Source of the DNA: a virus
Taxonomy: Duplodnaviria > Caudoviricetes
DNA: 29,115 nucleotides
Virus record (IMG/VR): IMGVR_UViG_3300030372_004987
Location: 1 to 29,115 of that record
Strand: one strand, 5' to 3'
A program made the position numbers and the translations under genes. Shown one piece after another: positions 1-8,887 of this stretch; position 1 is the first letter of the stretch, and every line of letters starts with the position of its first letter. The notes under the pieces were generated by a model. The model made no database searches. It saw only the letters and a list, made by a program, of their open reading frames with translations, and was not told the origin of the DNA.

Positions 1-1052
1 TTATCTACTGTACTCATATCATCCCAGTTTTGTGACATATTATATGCATTATACGCTGTTCCCGCAGCACCTAAGATTTTACCACCTGTCTTGAACGCAC
101 TACTTGAAGTTACTTTTTCTAATCCACTAAGCTCTTCCATTGGAACTGTTTCTGCAACTTTTGCAATATCAGTCCCAGCAATATTACCAGCAGATTTAAA
201 TCCTTCAGTAAATTCCACAGGATTAATTTTTGCAGTTTTTTCTGCATAATTTGAAGCTACCTCAGGTATACCTGCAGTAGTATTAATATCTGACATGTTA
301 GTTACTAATTCACCTGTAGGTAATGGCTGATTTAATCCTTGTTCATAGTAATCCATTAAACTTGGTATGTTATCTGATTTAGGAACAGGGGATCCTACAG
401 CGCCAATACCATCAGGCGTTGGACCTACATTTGCTACAGACGATATCTCAGGATCGTTTATAAAGCTTTCAACTTTATTATCTACACCTTTCCAGTTAAC
501 ATCAGAAGACGTAGAATCAACTTTAGTGCCTATAGGTAAAGCATCTTCTGATAATAATTCTGTTTCCATATTTTGATAAAATGGATCATTGTCAGCTGTA
601 TAATCAAATGTACCTTCTGTCTTGGTTGTCTCTTCAAGAAACCTTTTATTACCTTCAACTATTTCTGGATTTCTTTCGGCCCAAGTTTCATCAAGGTAAT
701 TATCATATTCAGGAGTATTTTTAACCATATCATCAGCAGACATTGTAAACCTGTCCAACTCATACCCAATCCTATCCTTTACTGATTTAAAAGGATTTTT
801 CAGAGAAAAATCTGGTGCATCGGGTACATTAGACTCATATTTTTGTATATTGTTTGGACCCTTTTCTTGAAGTTTACTCAAATAATCTATTTGCCTACGA
901 TCACCTCGTATTTTAATAGCCTCTTTTATATTGGAAACAGCTTGCTCTTTTCTTTTTGCAGCTCTTTGTTCACGCTCTAATTTTTCTTTTTGTATCTGTT
1001 GAGCAAGAGCTCTTACCTTCCACACATTATCGCTATAATCAAATGTACTCAT
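1..1052 (-). CDS. Partial (runs off window) probable internal virion/DNA ejection protein
   Basis: Not in the ORF track because it has no stop in the window. ATG at 1052 (MSTFDYSDNVWKVRALAQQIQKEKLEREQRAAKRK...); the same frame reaches position 1 (...GGKILGAAGTAYNAYNMSQNWDDMSTVD). Its place after the tail nozzle and the Gly/Ala amphipathic segment fit podoviral ejection proteins; function is inferred. Confidence 0.7.
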   Translation of the reverse strand, partial: MSTFDYSDNVWKVRALAQQIQKEKLEREQRAAKRKEQAVSNIKEAIKIRGDRRQIDYLSKLQEKGPNNIQKYESNVPDAPDFSLKNPFKSVKDRIGYELDRFTMSADDMVKNTPEYDNYLDETWAERNPEIVEGNKRFLEETTKTEGTFDYTADNDPFYQNMETELLSEDALPIGTKVDSTSSDVNWKGVDNKVESFINDPEISSVANVGPTPDGIGAVGSPVPKSDNIPSLMDYYEQGLNQPLPTGELVTNMSDINTTAGIPEVASNYAEKTAKINPVEFTEGFKSAGNIAGTDIAKVAETVPMEELSGLEKVTSSSAFKTGGKILGAAGTAYNAYNMSQNWDDMSTVD

Positions 1053-1063
1053 AATTTTTTCCC

Positions 1064-1255
1064 TTAAGTAACTGCAGTATACTGCACCTTGTAAACATTA
1101 CCTTTAATTTTAATATACTCAAATACTCCACTCTCTGTAACTGATATTACTGGAACACCTTCCTTTAAATCACTCTTGTTTGGAATGCTAGTTTGAACAA
1201 GCTTACTTCTAGCTTGTTGATGATACTTATTCTTATCTCTGTCTAATATAGGCAT
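1064..1255 (-). CDS. Small hypothetical virion-region protein (63 aa)
   Basis: Start overlaps the stop of 1255..3843 (translational coupling), same strand as the operon. Confidence 0.7.
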   Translation of the reverse strand: MPILDRDKNKYHQQARSKLVQTSIPNKSDLKEGVPVISVTESGVFEYIKIKGNVYKVQYTAVT

Positions 1256-3843
1256 TATCTAGGAGTCTTTAATCTATATGTGATTGTAATATCATTAACT
1301 TCAAAATCTGTTGCTGTTCCATCTATTATAAGCTTAAAAGAGTAAATGTTCTTCCATTCCGATTTATCATTAGCAATAAGAACAACTCTAGTCCATTCGC
1401 TTGCAGCTGTAGTAATTGCTGTAGCAAAGTTTAAATCTGTATCAACTCCATTTACTTGAAAGTTAGGAGTTAGGTTTGGTGCTGTAGCAGACCTGTATGT
1501 TATTGCAACGCTGTAAATAGTCTTCCTTACACCAGGGAATCCAAAATCAATATCTTTAGAATGCCATGAAAAAGAAGCTGAAGCTGTAGTAGTTCCATCC
1601 CAAGAAGCAATATTCTTTGAATTTTTTATCATATACAAGAGCTCACCCTCATCATTCTCTACAAAATTTGAATGGTTACTAGCGCTTCCCTTTGTTCCTA
1701 AGGACCATCCTTTAGTATCAAAACTGTAATGCATTGACTTCTGATTTGTATTGGCTCTAAATACAAGTAAAGAATTGGTCTTCCTTGCATATCCTAAAAT
1801 AGTATCATCTATAACACCTGTAATTGATGCCTGTAAGTAATCATATGAAATTCTATTCTGACCTTCTGCATTCTCCATAAGATTAACAACAGACCTGCCG
1901 TCATACATAAAGCATCCTCTTTTTGTAATCCACACTATTCCATAGCTAGTTTTACACACATGGTTAGGTGAAATAACTCCATCTCCTTTAATAGTATGCT
2001 CAACAAATTCAATATCTTGCGCTATGTTTAGAATATCTACAGTATTTGTCTTAAATTGCAATATTCTATCAGCAAACTCTTCAATTTTAATAATCTCATC
2101 TCCATCATTAACAGTAATATCTATTATACCTGACTCTTTAAAAGACTCGAATTGATTTACATTCGATTTAATAATCCTATCACCATGCCTAACTGAATTT
2201 CCATCAAGATCTGTATAAGATACATTGGCAATATATAATCGTCTATTAGCCATGCATGCTGTCTTATATTTAATATCAGTAAATTCAAAGCCACCAGGTG
2301 CAATATCTTCATAGGTTAATAAATCATGCTTAAATGCAAAGCCTCCTAAAACGTCCCACCATATTATATGGCCAGTAGATAGTCCGCTTTGATCTCCTGT
2401 ATCTGTATAAGTATATTGGGATGCAGGGCTCTCAAAATTAGTCCAAGTATCTTCAGATGTAATTCTTCCTTGACCTTTTTGTAAATCAAATTGAGCGACT
2501 TGCCTCCACTCTGAAGCATCTGTTTTAAACGGTGTATCCCATGTATAAAATAACCTAAACCCTATTACATTATCAGGAAAAGGCCCATGAGCAGTACAGT
2601 TAGTTACAAGCAAATCTTGTCCATTACCTGTGTTTGATATTTCATATGGAAAAGTATCTATATGGTCAGAGTTTCCACCTGTTATTGTAATATTTTTAGA
2701 AGAGCTATTTAATTGCCTTTTAACCTCAACCAAATTCCCTAAGGATTTATCTGAATACTCATAACAATACCTAAAATAGATCTTTCTATTTATAATATCG
2801 GATGTATTTATACCGCCACCACTCGGAGCATATAGAGTTGGCATTTTAGTAATAGCAAAACTAACACCACCAACAGGAGGTATAAAGCGTATTTCATCAC
2901 CTGAAGCATTTCCCCAATTACCTGTATCAGTATTAGTTCCTACAACAATAGTACCTGGGGTTGTCACATATGCAGAGTAAATCCCTCCAAGTCTATAAGC
3001 AGCATTACTATTGTATTCTAAAACAAACCAAGGTTTACCAGCAGTCCTTGCGTCAGTTATAGCAGCTCCTCCTCCAGTTCTAGTTACCGTTCCAGATGAA
3101 CCTATGCGATACATACCAGCATCTAAATGATCATTTCCATCGCCTATATCGTGTTGCAATACTGTAGTAATAGTACCAGTTGTTAATGTATCAGGCCTAG
3201 AATTAGAGCCTGCTTCTTCAAGCTTATACCAATAACCCCAATTAACAGACTGAGGAGGTAATTCTTTTCCACCTTGAACCGCAGAAAGCTTTTCATAGGT
3301 TTTTGGCCATGATAGATACCCAGATACAGTTCCATCAAATGCAAAAAGAGAGTAGTTTAGTTTTCTTAATACACTATAGGTTGTTCCAAAACCAGTATCA
3401 GCACAAAAAATAGAACCATCAACATTAGTAAATATTATCTTCCGAGCACTTCCAGCGCCTCCCACATATACAATATTATCATAGTAATAAGGAGTTGAAG
3501 GAGTGTTTTGAAGCAGTTGTCCACCATTCTGGTAAAAATATAAAAAATACTCTACACCTCCACTTACTACTGTTGGCGTTGTGAGAAGTGTATTATTAGC
3601 ACTTAAATACTTATAATCACTTTTAAATCTAAAAAAACCATACCCATCAACTGACAGAAAGTTAAGAGTAGCCCCTGAAGTATATGCAGTAACATCTGCA
3701 CCTGTAAGAGTTTTTAATCTTCCAATTTGAGAAACATCAGCATTATTTATGCTAGATGCCTCATTATCCTTTATATCCCTTGGATCAAATTGATTGTTTA
3801 CTCCACCATCAAACCTTTTAATACTATAAGGTTCTTTAGGCAT
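1255..3843 (-). CDS. Tail nozzle / tail tubular protein B-like (P22 gp10 / T7 gp12 type), 862 aa
   Basis: N-terminus 'FDGGVNNQFDPRDIKDNEASSINNADV..GRL' resembles nozzle/stabilisation proteins. The body is beta-rich, and the C-terminus 'WHSKDIDFGFPGVRKTIYSVAITY...FEVNDITITYRLK' fits the family. Gene position fits. Confidence 0.7.
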   Translation of the reverse strand: MPKEPYSIKRFDGGVNNQFDPRDIKDNEASSINNADVSQIGRLKTLTGADVTAYTSGATLNFLSVDGYGFFRFKSDYKYLSANNTLLTTPTVVSGGVEYFLYFYQNGGQLLQNTPSTPYYYDNIVYVGGAGSARKIIFTNVDGSIFCADTGFGTTYSVLRKLNYSLFAFDGTVSGYLSWPKTYEKLSAVQGGKELPPQSVNWGYWYKLEEAGSNSRPDTLTTGTITTVLQHDIGDGNDHLDAGMYRIGSSGTVTRTGGGAAITDARTAGKPWFVLEYNSNAAYRLGGIYSAYVTTPGTIVVGTNTDTGNWGNASGDEIRFIPPVGGVSFAITKMPTLYAPSGGGINTSDIINRKIYFRYCYEYSDKSLGNLVEVKRQLNSSSKNITITGGNSDHIDTFPYEISNTGNGQDLLVTNCTAHGPFPDNVIGFRLFYTWDTPFKTDASEWRQVAQFDLQKGQGRITSEDTWTNFESPASQYTYTDTGDQSGLSTGHIIWWDVLGGFAFKHDLLTYEDIAPGGFEFTDIKYKTACMANRRLYIANVSYTDLDGNSVRHGDRIIKSNVNQFESFKESGIIDITVNDGDEIIKIEEFADRILQFKTNTVDILNIAQDIEFVEHTIKGDGVISPNHVCKTSYGIVWITKRGCFMYDGRSVVNLMENAEGQNRISYDYLQASITGVIDDTILGYARKTNSLLVFRANTNQKSMHYSFDTKGWSLGTKGSASNHSNFVENDEGELLYMIKNSKNIASWDGTTTASASFSWHSKDIDFGFPGVRKTIYSVAITYRSATAPNLTPNFQVNGVDTDLNFATAITTAASEWTRVVLIANDKSEWKNIYSFKLIIDGTATDFEVNDITITYRLKTPR

Positions 3844-3996
3844 TATTTAAGAATAGCCTTCTTTGCTTGTGCCCATAGTTTATCATCAAGCTTGTTCTTT
3901 GAGCTTGCAACAAGATAATCTCCTAAAGCTACCATTACTGACTTCATGATTCTCTGTTAAAAATGTTTTTGTTATAAACGCTATTAATGCTGGCAT
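3843..3996 (-). pseudogene. Small amphipathic protein with an apparent frameshift near 3950
   Basis: AGGAG RBS and ATG at 3996 give MPALIAFITKTFLTE; a second frame continues IMKSVMVALGDYLVASSKNKLDDKLWAQAKKAILK* and ends in TAATG coupling with the nozzle. The span is 154 nt (3n+1). Confidence 0.55.
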
Positions 3997-4006
3997 GTTT
4001 TTCTCC

Positions 4007-4078
4007 TTATTTCTTCTTTTTAGATGTTTTCTTTTTAGGCCTTCCTGGCTTCTTATATGTTCCTGGTCCTTTTGGCAT
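4007..4078 (-). CDS. 23-aa basic peptide MPKGPGTYKKPGRPKKKTSKKKK (AT-hook-like)
   Basis: AAGGAG RBS upstream; the ORF fills the gap between neighbouring genes; KPGRPK core. Confidence 0.7.
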   Translation of the reverse strand: MPKGPGTYKKPGRPKKKTSKKKK

Positions 4079-4088
4079 ATTTTTCTCC

Positions 4089-4247
4089 TTACTTAGGGCC
4101 GCCATGGCCAGGTGTTGATGTTTTAGTATTGTGACTTACTGTATTAGTGTTATGCGCATCTACAGACTGCTTTCTTCTCTTCTTTTTCAATTTAGGATTT
4201 GACTCTTTAGCTTGAGAATCATGCCCAAATAAATCTACTCTACTCAT
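4089..4247 (-). CDS. 52-aa basic hydrophilic protein (MSRVDLFGHDSQAKESNPKLKKKRRK...)
   Basis: ATGA overlap with the stop of 4244..4495, AAGGAG upstream, open for 52 codons. Confidence 0.7.
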   Translation of the reverse strand: MSRVDLFGHDSQAKESNPKLKKKRRKQSVDAHNTNTVSHNTKTSTPGHGGPK

Positions 4248-4495
4248 TTTTGCTCCTTTTTAAATAATTTAATTACTATATCTTTTATAGTATTGACACC
4301 TGTTAGTGTTTTCTTTGTTTCATCTTTAGATTCTCTGTTACTGTCGATCAGTTTCACTGTTATATTGTATAAGTTTTTAATATCAGATGTAACATCTTTA
4401 GTTATAAACTTTATTAAATACATCAGAGCATAACCTAAGCCAACAGCAACAGCTACTGGAATACCCAGGGTTTCTATAATTCCAACTATATCCAT
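4244..4495 (-). CDS. Putative holin-like membrane protein (one TM plus coiled coil)
   Basis: N-terminal hydrophobic helix (IIETLGIPVAVAVGLGYALMYLIKF), basic C-terminus, located in the lysis neighbourhood. Confidence 0.55.
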   Translation of the reverse strand: MDIVGIIETLGIPVAVAVGLGYALMYLIKFITKDVTSDIKNLYNITVKLIDSNRESKDETKKTLTGVNTIKDIVIKLFKKEQK

Positions 4496-5412
4496 TATAT
4501 GTTTCCATCAATTATATTTCCCCATAAAGTAGTCTTACCATCCACTATTTCTACAACATCGACCTTAAAGTTTCCATTCTCAAACCAGTCAACTATTGCA
4601 AATGCATGGTTCCAATTGGTTAGATTTCCTCTAAGCCAATCTTCATCTGTTTTTATATCTTTTAAACAGCCAAGGCTCCATGCACTGATAGTCCCTCCAA
4701 GTGCTGTATGAGTATATCTCTGAAGATCATGTGTATGACCATACATAACAGATTCTCCATACATCATTAAATGAGCTTTTGCATGATGCATTCCAGTTCT
4801 ATGGCCGTGAGCAAAGTTTAACTTACCTATCTTTAAGAGCTTCTTTCTGAAATAAGGATGAAATTCATACCCTCTCTCTTTAAGCTTTAAAGCATTCTCG
4901 GTATAAAACCTAGGTCTAGTTTCTTGCTTTGCAAAATTATCCAACCACACCTCATGGTTTCCTTGGACAAAATGCCTTTCCTTACAACCAACCTCATTTA
5001 ATGCTCTATCTATCTGATCCATTCCTTCATTGACTTCTTCAACAGAACTATCTAGCATTGGAATAAGTATATGATCAGGTGGTTTATCTATTCCTCGCCA
5101 ATGATGGGTACTAAAAAGTTCCCATTCACCAGTATCTCCTAAATCAATATAAACATCTGGTTGCACTATTTGTATTGCATCACAAACAGCATTTATAGCA
5201 GGTTGATCATGCAATGGAAAGTGTTTATCAGGAGTAACTAAGGCACGTCTTACGATTCCATCAGCCCTTGTTTTTGAGGTATAGTCTGCTTCTTCAAACT
5301 GCTTATTACAATCTTGACAAAGATACCTTTGGACATCAGGCTTGTACTTATTAATCCTGCGTCCATATTTATAGACTTGGTCACTATTGCATTCTGGGCA
5401 AGTTGTTCTCAT
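4495..5412 (-). CDS. Calcineurin-like metallophosphoesterase with N-terminal Zn ribbon
   Basis: Metal-binding motifs PDKH, DLGD, GNHE, HGH, GHTH; N-terminal CPEC...CQDC. Confidence 0.88.
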   Translation of the reverse strand: MRTTCPECNSDQVYKYGRRINKYKPDVQRYLCQDCNKQFEEADYTSKTRADGIVRRALVTPDKHFPLHDQPAINAVCDAIQIVQPDVYIDLGDTGEWELFSTHHWRGIDKPPDHILIPMLDSSVEEVNEGMDQIDRALNEVGCKERHFVQGNHEVWLDNFAKQETRPRFYTENALKLKERGYEFHPYFRKKLLKIGKLNFAHGHRTGMHHAKAHLMMYGESVMYGHTHDLQRYTHTALGGTISAWSLGCLKDIKTDEDWLRGNLTNWNHAFAIVDWFENGNFKVDVVEIVDGKTTLWGNIIDGNI

Positions 5413-5600
5413 TTAATACCTTTACGCCATTTAAAGAATTTATAGGTCATGCTGATTATTGTTGCAATTCCTATTATTACACCAAATAACGCTGACAGGA
5501 ATTGAAGAACTGGTGTCGTAGAGATTATTGAACCCATCAAACCTCCCATCGTACCTCCAATTCCAATTGCGGGGTTGTTCGCTAAAGTATCCATTCTCAT
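5409..5600 (-). CDS. Putative holin
   Basis: Two hydrophobic segments and a basic tail (KFFKWRKGIK), directly downstream of the endolysin. The MRM start offers two possible start codons. Confidence 0.6.
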   Translation of the reverse strand: MRMDTLANNPAIGIGGTMGGLMGSIISTTPVLQFLSALFGVIIGIATIISMTYKFFKWRKGIK

Positions 5601-6046
5601 TTACCTTTATTTGCTTCAATGAAATGCTCATGTGTTCCTTTCCCAAGCGCACTATTGTAATGATCTTTCCAATAAATTGCTTGAGCTTTAATGTCACCCT
5701 TCTTAGGTAACTGTGATGGAATCCGTCTATAATGCAATCTACAAAATGCTACTTGTAGAGCAATATTAGATACCAGACTAAATTCCAGATTATTTTCATC
5801 AAGACCTAAGCTTTCTAGCATGGTTTTATACTTAGGTCTAAATGAGACGTAATTTTCCAAGGTATCTTTTGCGCTGTTTGGTTCGCATTGGAAAAATCCG
5901 AGAGCAGGTCCACCTCCTTTCTGAATAAGACATCTGTAACCAGATTCAGCCATACCTGTACGATATATCATATCAACAGCATCATCTGTTTTCATTCCCA
6001 TTATTTCAAGAGTTTCTTCTATGATTTTCTTAACGTCTTCTTTCAT
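5597..6046 (-). CDS. Endolysin, lysozyme/transglycosylase-like fold
   Basis: Catalytic-type 'AESG', then 'GGPALGFFQ.EP', 'FCRLHY' and 'YWKDHYNS..GKG', typical of small phage lysozyme-like proteins. Confidence 0.8.
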   Translation of the reverse strand: MKEDVKKIIEETLEIMGMKTDDAVDMIYRTGMAESGYRCLIQKGGGPALGFFQCEPNSAKDTLENYVSFRPKYKTMLESLGLDENNLEFSLVSNIALQVAFCRLHYRRIPSQLPKKGDIKAQAIYWKDHYNSALGKGTHEHFIEANKGK

Positions 6047-6594
6047 TACTTATTCTTAGCATTATATTTGGTAACATAATTATTATATGCAACCTGCTCT
6101 GCTTTCTTATTTGCAAATTTCATACCTTCATTCATTTGCTGTTGTCTCCAAGCTGGTAGAGTAAGCATTTGATTCTTGCTGTTATTGTTATTATTATCGT
6201 CGCCTGTCTTCTTGCCTGGAGCATTTCCATCATCTCCCTTTTGAGACTTTTCGCCACCTTTGCTTTTAAATGCTTTTGTCTTACCAGCTTTAGTAGCTTT
6301 AGATTTAACATGCTTAATATGAGCAGAGGTAGTATCTGCATGCATTTCGCTTGACATATTCTGCAATTCATCTAAGTTTGCAGTCAAAGCATTGATTGCT
6401 GGGCCACTATTGCTTTCTACAGAACCAGGAGTTGCTGTTTTTGCTAATTGCTCTTTAGGTATTTCTCCAGATTCACCTACAGGGCCTGACCCTTGTTTAT
6501 TTTCACCACTAACTGGAGCTACTCCAGAATGATGCTCTGTATGTGTCTTTACTTTTCTCTCTTCAGAAAAAAGATCTATATTTGTTCCTGCCAT
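6046..6594 (-). CDS. Hypothetical low-complexity, probably disordered protein (182 aa)
   Basis: AGGAG RBS; rich in G/S/K/N; stop coupled to the endolysin start. Confidence 0.7.
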   Translation of the reverse strand: MAGTNIDLFSEERKVKTHTEHHSGVAPVSGENKQGSGPVGESGEIPKEQLAKTATPGSVESNSGPAINALTANLDELQNMSSEMHADTTSAHIKHVKSKATKAGKTKAFKSKGGEKSQKGDDGNAPGKKTGDDNNNNNSKNQMLTLPAWRQQQMNEGMKFANKKAEQVAYNNYVTKYNAKNK

Positions 6595-6603
6595 TTTTTT
6601 CTC

Positions 6604-7020
6604 CTAACCTTTAATTAATAATATTTGTCCAGTTCCAGCTGTCTTTTTTACGGATGTAAATGGTCCATAAATAATATCGCCTGGAACTAGGTCTATTGCT
6701 GTTACATCTTCATTACCATCGGTATTTACTTCTTTACTACTTAAATTTATAGAAGTCCCTGCAGACACTCCTGGCCCTTTTAATGTAAGGGTCATATTTG
6801 CTGTATGGTCTGCATTTTTAACTGCTACAAATTGGTTTATATCTGGGTAGTAATTTGTATTTGCTGCAGGATCAACTGCTCCTGTTGCGTCTAATGGGCA
6901 AGGTCCACATACATGTTCGTTTGAATTTGTAACTTTTACCCATCCTAATTGGCTTAGAGATACATTAGAAGCTTCTTCTCCCGTATACTCTCTAATCCCT
7001 TTGTTTTTATTATTGCTCAT
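6604..7020 (-). CDS. Small beta-rich virion protein (138 aa)
   Basis: AGGAG RBS; 'EASNVSLSQLG' and 'LVPGDIIYGPFTSV' beta-sandwich pattern; lies in the structural operon. Confidence 0.65.
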   Translation of the reverse strand: MSNNKNKGIREYTGEEASNVSLSQLGWVKVTNSNEHVCGPCPLDATGAVDPAANTNYYPDINQFVAVKNADHTANMTLTLKGPGVSAGTSINLSSKEVNTDGNEDVTAIDLVPGDIIYGPFTSVKKTAGTGQILLIKG

Positions 7021-7031
7021 TGTATCTCCTT

Positions 7032-7436
7032 TTATTTAATTGCGTGCTTAGGAGGGAATACCTGTCTAGCACCATGAACTTTACCGTCTTCATATCTCGA
7101 AACCATTGCTCGAAATTCTTTCATCCAATATTCTTTTAATTCTATTTCACCTCGATCTTCTGCAAATTTTGCCTTACAGAAATTAACTAATGCTCTTTCA
7201 ATGTATGGATGTGTTTGAACATAATGGAAGTCTCCTATTAAATCTGTATTAGGAACTCCTGTACCAGCTGTAGTTGCAGGAGTAGTTCCATCTGTTATAA
7301 TAGGTGTTACCTTTGAAGATATCCTTATACCATTAGTAATGTCAGAGGACGGACTCTCAAAGAGTCCTGTGTCCTCATCCTTTTCTACTAAATATATCTT
7401 TCCACCTGTAACATAGTATGCATATTCTTTTGCCAT
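7032..7436 (-). CDS. Head-tail adaptor/ring-like protein, C-terminal portion of the fold
   Basis: 'YAYYVTGGKIYL' beta strands followed by helices 'HPYIERALVNFCKAKFAED...YWMKEF', as in T7 gp11 / P22 gp4-type adaptors. Confidence 0.55.
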   Translation of the reverse strand: MAKEYAYYVTGGKIYLVEKDEDTGLFESPSSDITNGIRISSKVTPIITDGTTPATTAGTGVPNTDLIGDFHYVQTHPYIERALVNFCKAKFAEDRGEIELKEYWMKEFRAMVSRYEDGKVHGARQVFPPKHAIK

Positions 7437-7445
7437 AACTTCTCC

Positions 7446-7727
7446 TTATGTCATATCAGCATCATCATTTAGAGGTCTACTTGCAAGCCTTGGTATACTC
7501 CTATATTTACCATCATCATTCTGATGTCCTTTAACTCTAACATCAGTTATAAATGTTTGATCGTAAGTAAGGTCGTATGCTCTTTGATCCTTTACTATAC
7601 TAACTTCTGCAGTAGATTCTTTTAATGTTGCTATTGTATTTACTTCCAATAATGCATCTGTTAAGTAGGCATAAAACCTTCCACTTTCATTCGTACCCAC
7701 TCTTTCCATCATTTCTTTAATTAGCAT
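7446..7727 (-). CDS. Head-tail adaptor-like protein, N-terminal portion of the fold
   Basis: Helical N-terminus 'IKEMMERV...YLTDALLEVN' then 'SIVKDQRAYDL...ITDVRV', matching the start of gp11-like adaptors. Confidence 0.5.
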   Translation of the reverse strand: MLIKEMMERVGTNESGRFYAYLTDALLEVNTIATLKESTAEVSIVKDQRAYDLTYDQTFITDVRVKGHQNDDGKYRSIPRLASRPLNDDADMT

Positions 7728-7902
7728 CTTTTCCTTTCTCAGGGTTCTTTAATTCTTCAATTTGAAGGCTTACAGCTTGTATAGCTCCCTGAAGCATTAA
7801 TGTCTTTTGAGTAGAATCAGTAATCTGAGTTTGAAGATGTGATAACTGCTCTTCAAGTTTTTCTACTGTTAATCCTACCATTTCTTTTTCTTTTGTTGCC
7901 AT
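7717..7902 (-). CDS. Small coiled-coil protein (61 aa), possible fibre chaperone
   Basis: AGGAG RBS; heptad pattern (LEEQLSHLQTQI...LQGAIQAVSLQIEEL). Confidence 0.65.
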   Translation of the reverse strand: MATKEKEMVGLTVEKLEEQLSHLQTQITDSTQKTLMLQGAIQAVSLQIEELKNPEKGKDAN

Positions 7903-7912
7903 GTTCTCTCCT

Positions 7913-8887
7913 TTATAGACTGTTTAATGAGACGTCTGAACCGCCTCTTCCTAGTGAGATTCCGCTAGGCCATAGTCCAGGGCCTGCAAAATCAGTTATT
8001 GAATTTGTACCATGATTCCCATTATCTAAATCAAGCCTAACAGAAATATACCTAATATCAGGATGGTTAAATATTCCAGATATATGAATAGATCTCCATT
8101 GGTCTTGTAAAACATTTGAAGGATTTTCATCCATTCTAAATGATTGAGTTAAATTTGCTTGATTAGTTGGAAGATCATAAGGGTTTGATTCTCCCCCAGA
8201 TAAAGATGTACTTTTTCCTTGAGGATAATTATTGGTAATGTTTATAGTAGATAATGTTTTAGTTGCATTGATAAAACCTCTATTAACATCCAAGCCAAAT
8301 ATCCATAAAGACACTGTGGGTCTATTTGAATTTCCTCCTCCAAACATACCACTTCTAAATTTTACCCATACTCTAAATGTCCATTGAGTACCAGCTACAT
8401 GTTTTGCTACAGATGCATCTGAAGTACCATACCATTCTTTAGTATAACTTTCAAGACTACCATATCTCATTATCAATGAAAAAATATCCCGCCCGTAACT
8501 ATCCGTTCCTGCAGGATAATCTCCTGTATATGCAAACTTCCAAGGCATATCTGGATATCCCTGATGCATGCTTGTACTCCATTGGGCCTCAGAAGGATAT
8601 GTGTCCGCAAAAGGAGGATATATACCATCATGTTCATCGAATGTAGTATTTCTGAGAAAAGGAAGGTATCCTGGGTTAGTACTACTTTGATTCGTAGTTG
8701 CATCAGCATCAGGGCGTCTGGATATAAATAGACTCATATTTAGATTAGGATATCTATCTAGCATACTAGCAGTAGTCTCACCGTAAGGCCCAGAAGATGC
8801 CCCTGAACCTGCAGTATCATTGTACCAATACTCACTCCTAAGTGCTAATGAATTGCTCATAGACTGTTGTTCTAAAGACTTAGCCAT
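7913..8887 (-). CDS. Tail-fibre-associated protein with possible carbohydrate-binding beta-sandwich (324 aa)
   Basis: Overlaps the fibre stop; aromatic-rich; 'WTFRVWVK...QWRSIHISGIF...YISVRLD' resembles CBM4/9-like sandwiches. Confidence 0.5.
   Translation of the reverse strand: MAKSLEQQSMSNSLALRSEYWYNDTAGSGASSGPYGETTASMLDRYPNLNMSLFISRRPDADATTNQSSTNPGYLPFLRNTTFDEHDGIYPPFADTYPSEAQWSTSMHQGYPDMPWKFAYTGDYPAGTDSYGRDIFSLIMRYGSLESYTKEWYGTSDASVAKHVAGTQWTFRVWVKFRSGMFGGGNSNRPTVSLWIFGLDVNRGFINATKTLSTINITNNYPQGKSTSLSGGESNPYDLPTNQANLTQSFRMDENPSNVLQDQWRSIHISGIFNHPDIRYISVRLDLDNGNHGTNSITDFAGPGLWPSGISLGRGGSDVSLNSL

Noticed and set aside
5300-5412. IS1-family insertion sequence suggested by the InsA-like Zn ribbon
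   Set aside because: The ribbon is fused in frame to a phosphoesterase; no DDE domain, terminal repeats or target duplication seen.
6180-6201. Trinucleotide run encoding DDNNNNNN as a phase-variable tract
   Set aside because: Short, imperfect and in frame within a low-complexity protein.
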